64,000 nt of DNA from Octopus sinensis. Lineage: Eukaryota. Numbering within the stretch: the first letter of the stretch is position 1; each line of letters begins with the position of its first letter. The notes beneath the pieces are model-generated. The model was given only the letters and a program-made list of their open reading frames with translations. It searched no databases and was not told the origin of the DNA. The position numbers and the translations under genes are program-made. Where the stretch lies: NCBI RefSeq assembly GCF_006345805.1, contig NC_043001.1:38130001-38194000 (forward strand). The letters are read 5' to 3'. Positions 51,486-63,059 of the stretch are shown piece after piece.

Positions 51486-52744
51486 ATTCTTTTATTCTTT
51501 TACTCATTTCAGCCATGTGGCTGCGGTCATGGTGGAGCACCACCGTGGATATATATATATATATTCAGACAGAGTTATAAATATAGATAGATACATACAT
51601 ACATACATATAAATATATACACATGCATCTATATGCATATTTGTGTGTACGTGCATGTGTGTGCATGTATATTTGAAACAAAAACTGTATACTATGGGTG
51701 TTAGGTCTTTACAATTTTAAGTGGTTTACAACTATACTACAAAGTAAGAGAACTTACCCTGGTTTGTGGTATTATTTTAAATAACACATTACTGCAATGA
51801 CCTAGCATTCGTAATATGTATGCATAAATGCATGCATTCATATATGCATTCATACATACATGTACACACACACACATATGCATGTACGCGTATGCACTCA
51901 CATGCACATACATATACACACACACACATACATACATACATAAGATTGATAGAGTGATAGTATATCTGTTTTGAACTATGCATTTATATATGTCAGGTCA
52001 CTCAAGATTCAGGTCATTTGAACACACTGCAGGATAAAAAACAAGACTTATAAGAGGGAGGATGAACTCATGAGAGACAACATCCATCTACTTGTATGAA
52101 AATATGCTTCTGTCAAATTCTTGCAGGTATCCTTTCAAGGGAAAAATTTAAGAGACATCACTCTGAAATCAATTCTGCACTTGATGTAGCTGCCAGTTAT
52201 TTTGTAATGCTTATCACAGAGCTCCAATTACTGGTACTTGGAGAGGGATATATACTGTACAAGCAAATATCACCTTAATCCGACACACTGATTCATCTTG
52301 TCTCTCTATTAAAGTCCTGTGGTGATAGCTCAGAGCATAAATTGTTGAGATTGTCAGGATGATGTAGATTGATTGAAATGGTTATCATCTGACATGATGG
52401 AATGATCATCATTTATGCATGCATATATAATGTATATATACTATTATCTATGTATGTGTATGTGTTTTTGTATATATGTGTGTCTGTGTGTATATATGTG
52501 TCTGCATCTCAATTTTTGGAATAGGTTGTTCATGTCTCTGTGAGTTAAAAGTAAATTAAAATTGCCATCATAATGAATAGCACCCGGATGTAAAACATGC
52601 CTCAAAATTTCTGTCCAAGCTATGTCAGTATGGAAAAGCAGATACAAGAAAAGAAATTATCATGATGATATGACTGTATGTGTGAACATATGCATGTGCA
52701 CATCTATGTACATATTTGTGTCTGTCTGTCTATATGATATTTTT

Positions 52745-53172
52745 TTTTACTTGTTTCAGTCATTTGACTGCGGCCATGCTGGAGCACCGCCTTTAGTCGA
52801 GCAAATCGACCCCAAGACTTATTCTTTGTAAGCCCAGTACATATTCTATCAGTCTCTTTTGCCGAACCGCTAAGTGACGGTGACGTAAACACACCAGCAT
52901 CGGTTGTCAAGCGATGCTAGGGGGACAAACACAGACACACAAACACATATATATATATACATATATACGACAGGCTTCTTTCAGTTTCCATCTACCAAAT
53001 CCACTCACAAGGCATTGGTCGGCCCAGGGCTATAGTAGAAGACACTTGCCCAAGGTGCCACGCAGTGGGCGAAAATGTAAACTTGTGCAACCCATGGCCT
53101 TGCAAGTTCCTGTCAATCTGTCCAACCCATACCAGCATGGAAAATGGACGTTAAATGCTGCTGATGATGATA
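52745..53172. mobile_element. CORE-type SINE (-) abutting an RTE tail fragment (+)
   Basis: Well-preserved SINE body with CpGs intact (52745-53070); tail ccaacccataccagcatggaaaatggacgttaaatg. Confidence 0.88.
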
Positions 53173-53399
53173 AAGATGTGTGCCAAGCAATGGAAAATAT
53201 AACAAAATACAAAGAAAACAAAATCACCAAGCAGACAAAAAACATGCAAGTCTAGTCCATAAAAAAAAACAGACTTTAAAATAGTACACCAACCAGACAT
53301 GTTGTAACGGTTGGCTGATGTGCTATATGTAGGTGAGATTGACCTTCGATTTGATAATAACCAAATTATACCACATCAGTTATGATATACAAATACAAG

Positions 53400-53760
53400 A
53401 ATGAGTGTATGTTTAGTGCACTTGGTGATTTGTCAATGACTGAACTATAAAGATTTCAGAAGAACAATGTAAAATTTTGTTTCAAATTGGAAATATCTTT
53501 TGTAGAGACTTTTCTTATGCTGTAATTGGCCGATTGGAAGGGTAGTTTGAAATATTGGTACCATGAATTATACTAGCATTTCAAATTGGTTTAGAACATC
53601 AACTATAGATGATTTCATATCAAAACAACCATCTAAAACAACGAACAACAAGCAGATTGTGAAAGTGCATGCTGTGAGCCATAAATGTAGTTAACTGACT
53701 GCCAGTAAAGTTTCTGTAGAATTTGACATCTCTAAAAGATTGCACCACCTGATTTTTAAA
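53400..53760 (+). mobile_element. mariner transposase N-terminal remnant
   Basis: FCFKLEISFVETFLML...FK.G.RTSTIDD..SKQPSKT, matching the mariner HTH and DD.RSGRP region. Confidence 0.7.
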
Positions 53761-54207
53761 AGGAAATTGAAAATGCATTGTACTACTGTAAAATTTGTGT
53801 CATGTCTATAGGCAAACAAAATATAATGACAGTGACAAAACATGAATATATGACAACATAACAAAACCACAATCATTACAGTTGGTTGAATCATTATGTA
53901 TGTCATAATAGTGTGTCAGAGTTGCTCAAATGTGAAGGTGATATTATCTTTTTTGTTGGAAAGGTATTGTTAATTAGTAGTTTGTTCCATTTTGGTCAGA
54001 CAATTCATAAAGAGTTGCAAGAGGCATGAACAAACAAAGCCTAGATACTGCACCACAACAGTGAGGTGGATGCTTGTCCAACCTATGTATGCATGGAAAA
54101 GATGAACATAAAATGTTGATATAATTTTGTACTTATTATGCATCACATTCTATCAATTTATTGAAGTATATTGCACTATATACACAGAATATGTATGTGT
54201 GTGTGTA

Positions 54208-54242
<35 letters not shown>

Positions 54243-54616
54243 TCAGTTGAATAAGGTACTTGAATGTAATGCACCTGGTTAGGTCAGAATAAAATGCATA
54301 CACAACAGTTATAGATAAATACCAACATTGGTACAGATGTATTGGCAGAATGATATTCGGGTAATGTATGCAATTGAACCCAACTGAGTATAAAATCAGC
54401 TCTTGAGCTATTCAGAAATGTACATCTTATCAAATATATAGTCCATTATATACTTCAGGACATGTGAAGGGCAGGTTCTGAGAGAAGTGAATTATAAATA
54501 AATAAGTAACAATTGATGGATAGGTGTCAATTCCTTACACCTGTTTCTAATTAATTTTTTAATTGATTAATGATTACATTATATCATTATAAAAAACCAT
54601 TTGCATCAGATGACTA

Positions 54617-55128
54617 CCGTAAAACCTCGAGTATAGTCTGCCCTTGAGTATAATACGCAGGGGATTTTTAGGGGGCTGTACCTCTGAAAAACCTAAACCT
54701 TGTGTATAATACACACCCCTTGTCTAACTTGAGTCAAGGAGGTCTATATAATGTCCTTGGTTTGTAAAAATGTATATGGTAACGTTCTTTATTATTATTG
54801 TATATATCACATAATGCAAACATGTAGCTTTTTTGTGTATTTTGTTTGCAGAAAATAAAGAAATAACAGTAATAGCGTTTAATAAATGTTGCTTACTGCA
54901 AGTTATGGATGATCCTTTTATGACTTTATTGCTTTCAGGCTTAGCTTAAGGTATTTTCATCCCTGACATCACAAAATGTGTCTGAATAAACATTGCCAGA
55001 CAGCAAATAGAGACTTGGACATTGCTTAGAAAATATTTTTCATTTTTAACCTCATATATAGTACGCACTAAGGATTTTGACCTTTAAATTTTGGGAAAAA
55101 AATGCGGATTATACTCGAGGATTTACGG
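54617..55128. mobile_element. Non-autonomous Tc2/pogo-type element (MITE)
   Basis: TA TSDs at 54615-54616 and 55129-55130; 25 bp TIRs CCGTAAAACCTCGAGTATAGTCTGC / GCGGATTATACTCGAGGATTTACGG. Confidence 0.92.
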
Positions 55129-55139
55129 TATATGCATTT

Positions 55140-55650
55140 TACAATCCAGGACATTCAAAAAAATTTTTTAATCCACAGCACATACATATTTGGTGATTCC
55201 ACGATTGGTACTTACCGCAGAATTCTGCAGGGGTAACACAACATGTCCATTGAACAACTACTGTAACGCAGAGACCATCATATATGAGGCAGAGGTAACA
55301 GCCAAACGACCAAATGGGCAACCAAATGTGTGAAAGTATGTGGGGCAACTAAAGTCCCCTTCATAACCCGCTTTAACAACCACTAGTCCTCCTTCAACAT
55401 CCTAGAGATATGCACCACAACCCTGGCCAAGCATATCAGGTCTTTGAAAGAAAGCACAGCTGAATACAGCATAAAGTGGAAGATCCTAGAGAAATGTAAA
55501 CTGTACTTCAATAGCAGCAGGAAGTGCAGGTTGTGTCTGGCTGAAAAAAGGGTGATTTTTAAAGGGCACCCAGCACCCAGGCATTTACCTGAATAGAAGT
55601 GAAGTGCTTAATCCTTGCCCACATGAAAGGAAGTACATCCTATCATACTT
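55140..55650 (+). mobile_element. Penelope-like element, GIY-YIG endonuclease remnant
   Basis: CRGNTTCPLNNYC..ETIIYEAEV, YVGAT..PF.TRFNNH, LAKHIRSLK..Y.IKWKI, CRLCLAEK, RSEVLNPCPH. Confidence 0.88.
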
Positions 55651-56228
55651 GTGTGCCCCATCATGACTACAATCACCAGTCCCCCAGCCTCGGCTCTCCC
55701 CAATACCCTGGAGTCTGGCAAAGAGTTTGACCAGAGCATTCACCAGCACACCCATATACAAATATGCATGCCCCAATGTGGCGGACACCTACCACATAGA
55801 CTGTTTTTCCACCAACTCCAATATAAGCTTCCCCAGACACATTGTACTCCTACACACACTGCATGCACACATAAAGCCCCCATGACCTTAACCAATACAG
55901 AAAAAAAGCACACTAGTGAACACAGTTATGTATGCCTAAACCTCCTGCAAAAGTTATACACATAGTACCACTACACATACCCAATTTCCACAAGAACACC
56001 AACCTGAAAGACGTACACATTTCCTACTAACACTTCAAGGCAGCTCTTACTAACTTGCAGCATAACCAACTTAGTGGCAATATCTTGGTACTAAAGAACA
56101 TAACTCTTTAACTTAAGCCCCTACTTATTTCATTTCATCATCTTTTCACAGCAACTGCAATCCAGAAGTGTCCATTCACCCCCAACAATAGAGAGCAGTC
56201 GCTATATTTCATTCTATACCAGCTACCT

Positions 56229-56312
56229 CTGATGAATGTTGGGTTATATAATCAGAGTGTTGCCTAACACTCTGGTGTACCAGTACTGTGAAACTGATTG
56301 GTAAGATCAGCC
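56229..56312 (+). ncRNA. Degenerate type-I hammerhead-ribozyme-like motif
   Basis: CTGATGA (56229-56235), extended stem II with hairpin CAGAGTGTT-gcct-AACACTCTG, GAAA (56290-56293), stem III CTGAT/ATCAG. The cleavage site reads GCC rather than GUH, and stem I is poor. Confidence 0.45.
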
Positions 56313-56379
56313 ATGATGGATATATAATACTGGACACTTTGGATAATATATATACATATATACAAAATATATATTAAAA

Positions 56380-57540
56380 GCCAGGGTACAATATGTACCT
56401 ATTTGCTTGAAAGAAGAGTTAAAACTCTCCCAAACCACACATATTACCTGTGTAGTGACTGCTGGTGCAAACTGCCACTTCCTGCACCCAAAACGATGCC
56501 AGAAGCAGAGCAAAAACAAAAAACTTCCCTCCAAATGGACCAAAAGACAAAGGAAGATCCCAAAGGGGAAAAGTCACACATCACCTGCATCAAAACTATA
56601 TGTTGATATAGTGTGCACTACCTCTAAAAGCCATAAAACAATGTTTTATGCATAGCACAAAAGATTGACCTGGCTACATCAATTCCTGAGTCAGAGCCAT
56701 CACCACCAACATACAAGATCACCACAGCCAATGGATCCAGCGTGGCACCACTGGCATCAGCACAGATGTCACACCAATATACTTTATAAACATCAGAGGA
56801 CTTTTATAACTCAATAACAGAACCAAAATTACCTTCCTGAGAGACCTTGTGGAAGACAATCAAGCCTTATGCATAACAGTCACTGAAATGCATCTAAAAC
56901 CTGACATACATATACCAAAGCAGGTTCTGTTGCAATGCAATAGAATAGACAGAAGCCATGGTGGAATTCCAATGTACATCCATGCCCCAGATCCTTTTGT
57001 CACACTCAAATTCTGTATGTGACATTAATTATACATATAAGATAACTTTATATAGTTATATGTACTACTTATCACCCACTAGGAGACTGAAAAAGTTAAA
57101 ACTCTAGTCCTTAGAATGAAGGTGGGGAAGATACTCAGTGATATACATCTGGAAAATCACAGAACTTGTACAAAACTTTGGCACACAAACAGCAGGATGG
57201 GACACCACTGCATAGTACCAAAAATCTCAACATTGCCATCAGTATACAGGACCAGATACTGCAACAGCCTGGGCTTCAAGGGCCCACAGCTCTTCATATC
57301 CTCCCACAAAGCCTGAGAGACCTGCATGGCATGGATGTAGGTGTTTTCAAAACAAAACTGGATCTCTTTCTGTCAAGAGTTCTGGATGAAGCTACCTCAA
57401 TGCAAGACACACAGATAAGGGCAGCAACATCAAACCCCCTCATTCACGAAAATACTACACATCAGAGGAGGTTTAGAGAAAGTGTAGCAAAGCAAACAGC
57501 AGTGTCCCTGCATGGCTGCAGCCCTCAGCTTGAAACAAAA
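56380..57540 (+). mobile_element. CR1/L2-group LINE with large internal deletion
   Basis: ORF1-like CHFLHPKRC; APE start ITVTEMHLKP...CNRIDRSHGGIPMYI; then RRLKKLKL.SLE.RWGRYSVIYIWKI...NSLGFKGPQLF.ILPQSLR...FKTKLDLFL C-terminus. Confidence 0.8.
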
Positions 57541-58794
57541 AAAAAAAATATGCCTACACACCCATATATATGTGTTGTAACAGGACTACTTTTCAAAACA
57601 TTTCATGGCAAGTTAAAACATCAACCTGCTACAAATAACAAACAGTTTCATTATATATCCACAGACAATAAATATATTTGGCAGATTACCATATATGGAT
57701 TACTTTAATGTAGCAATGACTGTAGATCAATACAAATTCAGAAAAAGAATACAAAAACAAAAACAATAAAATTTTTGAAATATAATTTAACATAAAGATT
57801 TGCTTTCTAAAAAAATTTGGTTGACCATTCTGTAGTATGTAACTGAATAAATCATAAAAAGATGGAGATTAAGATAATAAAATGAATAAACAAACAAAAT
57901 AAATAGAATGAAAAGTACAGAGAAAAAAGAAAAGTTTTAAAATCAAGATAAGAGGACTGGTTTGTTAACTGTAATGTATTTGTTTCAGTATTAGGAGTGC
58001 ATTGTCAAGTGGGTGGTTCATTTTTTTTCTGAATGAAACACTTTATCACACATTGTTCTGCAATCACTTTGACATCTGATGTGTAGTACACCATCCACCT
58101 GTTCAAGCAACATTGCTTTGATGTACAGCACATACATTTGATCACTATAAACGTATCATTTGTGCAGTTGTTCAGCAACAAATTGCAGACCTGGCTTTCT
58201 CAGACTATGAGAGGAGACGACAACGACCCCCCCCCCCCATCATCATCATTTATTTTAGTAGAGGTAATTAAGTGCAGAATAAAGAAAATGGTATAAACTG
58301 TTTGAATTTCACACGTAGTTGATTTGGAAGGACAGCCATGTCATTCCAAGACCACTAATATCAGTATCATGTTACACACACATATACCTCATATGAATAT
58401 TCTCAAGCACATTCTTACATACACATACTCTCTCTCTCTCTCCCTCTCTTTCATACACATACAATTTCTGGTACAAAATATCTATATTAAAATACTAATT
58501 TCATAAATAGTAGATGTTCATCATTTTGTTTTTAGTGGCCAAATCAGTCTCTATTATTATTTATGCATATTCACACATACATAAGATATTCACACACCTA
58601 CGTATATATAATGATTTGTTTGTACTTTACTAAGCAATCGCACAACCCATTGTAAGAGTTAGGCTACATTATACTATAGTCATGCTTTCATATGTAATTG
58701 AAAACGACAAGCTAAAGGTAAGGAAACAGATGTAATCAAATCGAATAGAAAAAAGTAAATAAAATGAAAAAAAATTCAATAAAGTATGGGAAAC

Positions 58795-59575
58795 AAATTT
58801 AGAAGGAAATGAAGAGGGCTACATTATAAAGTTAAATGGTAATATTATTAATACACTACAGTACATGCTAACAGTTTAATTACTAGTATAATTATAGGGA
58901 GGATCAATGGTACATTTGTGGACATCATATAACTAATTTATTAGAAAGATTTAGAGTTAATTAGTTCACAGATTAAAGAAGTATGCTAATCATATTTACC
59001 ATTACTATCTGTATGTGGTAAAACTAAACAGCCACTCAAAATCAATCCAGTTGAACTTGGATAAGATAAACTAAGTAATGTAAAAATACAGAAACATAGA
59101 AAAATAGAAGTTATACTAATTAGAGGAGGCAGACTTAGAAGGGTTTTCCTAATAACATTAGTATTAATTGTGCATTCCAGTTAAAGCTAATTCATTAATT
59201 TTTAGTATTATGTAGGAAGTACATACAGTACATGTGCAGACTTCATATTATTACAAACCAGTACTCTTATTTCAATTTTTAAACCTAATTTTGTTTTGTT
59301 TTTTTCTCCATACATAAATTTAGAAGGAAATGAAGAGGGCTACATTTTAAAGTTAAATGGTAATATTATCAACACAGTACAGTACATGCTAACAGTTTAA
59401 TTACTAGTATAATTATGGGGAGGATCAATGGTACATTTGTGGACATCATATAACTAATTTATTAGAAAGATTTAGAGTTAATTAGTTCACAGATTAAAGA
59501 AGTATGCTAATCATATTTACCATTACTATCTGTATGTGGTAAAACTAAACAGCCACTCAAAATCAATCCAGTTGA
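58795..59575. repeat. 260 bp local direct duplication (58795-59054 and 59316-59575), offset 521
   Basis: About 5 substitutions seen; not similar to any TE family elsewhere in the window. Confidence 0.95.
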
Positions 59576-60659
59576 TTCTGTTTATTAGATGATGATTCCA
59601 TTTTTATTTACATTAATTTGCATTTTTTATCCTTATCATAAGCAGAAAACAAGAATATTGACTATTAAACTCTGAAGTAGGATATTTGTCAACAATAGAT
59701 TTTTGTTCGTTCTTGTTTTTTATTTTTTTAGGTGATGCTTAAGAGGTAAAAAAAAAACTTGCATGAATAAAGTTTACTTTATATGAACTTCATATAACCT
59801 ATAAAGTAATGCCTATAAAGTTTACATAGGAAATTGATTAAATTATTTGATATTTCATGACTGTTGGCATCTATTAGAGGGAGAATGTATGCATATAATA
59901 TTACTCTTTTGTTGTTCCTCTTCTAATTAGAGTTATCTGATGCTTTTTATTTTGGATCTTTAAGCATTGATTCTTCAACAATTTATGGATACTATATGCA
60001 AAATGTTTCACTTTGATCATCATGCAGTCATGAGTTTAAATTTTCTGCAACACATCATGTCATGCTCCTAAGCAAGGCATAAAATTGCCTTGCTCCAGTT
60101 AGTCTGACTTACAAAAACAAAAAAAAAAGTCCACTCTTACTTCATAATTGAATTGTGTATTATACATGAATAACAGTGGCTGTTTCACATCAGCTAGTAA
60201 TCAGAACCAGTGTGTGAATCCAATGGTAAAATAAACTAGTGAAGGCACATGGCTAGGTAGTTAGGGTATTTGGCTCAAGATTGTAAGGTCATGAGTTTGA
60301 CACCAGGTGGAATGTTGTGTCCTTGAGCAAGACACTTTATTTTACATTGCTCCAGTCTGCTCATCTGGTAAAAATGAGCAGTACCTGTATTTCAAAGAGC
60401 CAGCCTTGTAGTATTCTGTTTGATACTTAACCTCCCTGAGAACTATGTTAAGGATACATGTAACTGTGGAGTGTACAGCCACTTACAGGTTAATTTCATG
60501 GAACCCTTGTCATCATAACCAAGAGTGCTAGTTTTTTTAAAAAATAAACTAAAATGGATGGAGGAATCTGGTCTGTGGTTCAGTATTGGTGTGGCTTTTC
60601 TTTCCTTTTTCTTTTTTCAGACTCACAAGAGGAGCTGAACTCAATGATAAGTTGAGGAA
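59324..60659 (+). other. Cluster of candidate plus-strand microexons (59324-59359, 59732-59745, 60621-60659)
   Basis: Long polypyrimidine tracts plus AG before each and GT donors after; AATAAA at 59766-59771. Product unrecognised. Confidence 0.3.
60240..60500 (+). mobile_element. tRNA-derived SINE (third family)
   Basis: ggcacatggctaggtagttagggt head, gagtttgacacc B-box-like, gtgtccttgagcaagacactt block. Confidence 0.7.
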
Positions 60660-60869
60660 GTAATCATCAATTTTACTGTGACTGATACTTATAACTGTGG
60701 GTTTGTTTTTATTCTTTAGTGTGGTTAGATAAAGTAACTCATTTAAGAACAAATGCAATACCAGTAACAGTACATGACATTTATGTTGATTATCGTTTTA
60801 CTTAATCAACTTATATATATATATCATTATATACTAGTTATAGCTCATCTGATACACATACACATATAT

Positions 60870-61333
60870 TTTGTAAATATGATTATAAGTTTTCACCTTA
60901 TATTGACTATAGAAAATAGCTAATATGAGAACATGTAAACACCCCGATGGTAAAAATGAGCATTAGTATGCATGGGAAATGAATGCATGCCTCTTATTTC
61001 TGCAATAAGGTTGCTGACCAGTTACACCAATATACCCATCCATTTTTTCTGTTAAATTTAGGAATGCAGTTCTATATTTAAGAGATGAGGAATTATATAC
61101 ATTATTTACATTTGACAGATATTTGTCCTCATCTTGTTTGTTGTTAACATGTTTCAGCTGATATACTCTCCAGCCTTCATTAGGTGTCTTGGGGAAATTT
61201 TGAACCTGAGTTCTCATTCCTAAGGTATTTTTCGATGTTATTATTATTATTATTATTCAGGTCACTGCCTGGAATCGAACTCGGAATCTTGGTGTTAGTA
61301 GCCCGCTCTCTTAACCACTACACCATATGCCCG
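60870..61333 (-). mobile_element. tRNA-headed SINE-like element with (TAA)n and a hammerhead-like core
   Basis: Minus strand: A box TGGTGTAGTGG (61325-61315), B box GAGTTCGATTCC (61282-61271), (TAA)n, then CTAATGA-A-GGCTG-loop-CAGCT-GAAAC (61183-61151). The left end recurs at ~63958-64000. Confidence 0.6.
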
Positions 61334-61377
61334 AGTTTGATTCCAGGCAGTGACCTGAATAATAATAATGATAATGA

Positions 61378-62560
61378 CACAAAAACTTGTCAATAGCCTG
61401 GATAGACCATAAAAAAGCTTTTGATAGCCTACCACATAGCTGGATTAAGAAATGTCTGGAAATGTATTAAATAGCACCTACTCAGCGAAACTTTTTGTCT
61501 GTAAGTATGAGATCATGGAGAACCACACTGACTTTGAACAGTGACAATGAATCTCTAAATGCTGGAGATGTAAAAATTTCATGTGGCATTTTCCAGGGTG
61601 ATTCACTATCACCACTCCTCTTTTGACCAGCCTTAATACCTCTCTCAAAATTGCTCAATGATGCACAGTACGGTTATAAAATGTTTGATAAAAATATAAA
61701 ACATCTCATTTACATGGATGATTTAAAGTTCCTTGCAAAAAATGACCAACAACTCAAGGGCTTACTAGCGATTGTTAAACAATTCAGTGATGACATCAGA
61801 ATGCAATTTGGCTTCGATAAATGTGCAAATGCTACCTTTATCAAAGGAAAAATGACAGATATAGCTAACGTTAACCTTGACCAGCAGAATGTCATAAAAG
61901 AGTTAGAACCAGCAGAGAGCTACAAATACCTAGGGGTAATTGAAGGGGATGGAATCAGGCATTCAGTGATGAAAGTAAGGATCAGGAGAGAATGATATTG
62001 CAGAGTGAGAGTAATACTTATGACAGAGCTGAATGCAAGAAACAGGATTGAAGCAATCAATGCTTTAGCCATACCAGTCATGACTTACAGTTTCAATATC
62101 ATTAACTGGTCAATTACTGAAATATGTAATCTTGACAGAAAACTATGTAAAGTGTTGACAATGCATATAATGCACCATCCTAAGGCAGATGTAGAACGAC
62201 TTTATCTGCCAAGAAAAGAGGGAGGCCGGGGACTTTTACAACTGGCATTAACAATGAAGATTACCACAATTGGCCTAGACACCTACCTGAAAAACTCTGA
62301 GGACTGGATGTTAAAACTTGTCTTAAAACATGAAAACAAGAAAGCATCATACTCAGTAACAAAACAAGCAAAAGAACATCTAAGTGAATTCCAAATACAA
62401 CAAATTCCGGAATTAGACATATAAGAAACAAGTGCAGAAAAAGCTAAGCACATGAAAACTCGTGCTAAAACTGCTGCCTTAGATATTCTGACTGATAAAT
62501 GACAAAAAAAAACCTCTCAATGGCAAATATCCAAAGAGAAGGAATAATGCTGAATAAATC
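61378..62560 (+). mobile_element. R4/Dong-clade LINE RT fragment
   Basis: KNLSIAWIDHKKAFDSLPHSWI, GIFQGDSLSPLLF, HLIYMDDLKF, DIRMQFGFDKCA, YKYLGV, LYLPRKEGGRGL; truncated at both ends. Confidence 0.92.
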
Positions 62561-63059
62561 CAAGAGAGTGGAGAGCAAGCATGAAGAAGGCAGATAAATG
62601 GAGGGATAGTAGTAGAACAATTGTAGTTGTAGCTTGGGGCCGAAGGGACGCTGCAAAGACCCTTAGATAATGCCTACATTACACCATACAAGGTGCAATG
62701 ATAGCATCATCTCCTTACATGGGGTGAGAAAGAGAGTGGGTGTGAGTGTGTGTCATTATTGTAATTTCTTAGAATTAGCCTAGGCTGACTTGTAAAAGAT
62801 TGTGAATGAAACTATGACATCATGAGATCAATAGTTGAATGATTTAGTGAAAGAGTAGAAAATGCAGTGAATGATGAGTGGAATAACGAATACTACTTTA
62901 TTGGAGGTAGTAGTCCTATAAGCTCTAAGCACCTACACCTATGATGTTTGAGCTAGAATGTAGCTGCACTCCCTATGCACCAGATTAATTTTAAGACCAT
63001 AACGGCTACATCCAATGCATAGGGTAATAGATTTTTCTAAAATCTAAGACTACAATTGT

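Noticed and set aside
52096-52278. 60-aa ORF with a good acceptor (GILSREKFKRHH...ALDVAASY)
   Set aside because: Could be an exon or a Penelope RT scrap; the donor is weak and no phase-consistent partner could be justified.
57166-57708. 180-aa ORF as a host gene
   Set aside because: It is the frameshifted C-terminus and 3' UTR of the CR1-like LINE.
58080-58260. Apparent exon HTFDHYKRIICAVVQQQIADLAFSDYERRR
   Set aside because: No donor before the stop and weak acceptor context; it looks like a dispersed repeat, though this was not verified.
61260-61333. Genuine tRNA gene
   Set aside because: A and B boxes are present, but there is no acceptor-stem pairing or oligo-T terminator and it runs into (TAA)n; it is a SINE head. 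The same applies to the heads at 24470, 44970 and 60240.
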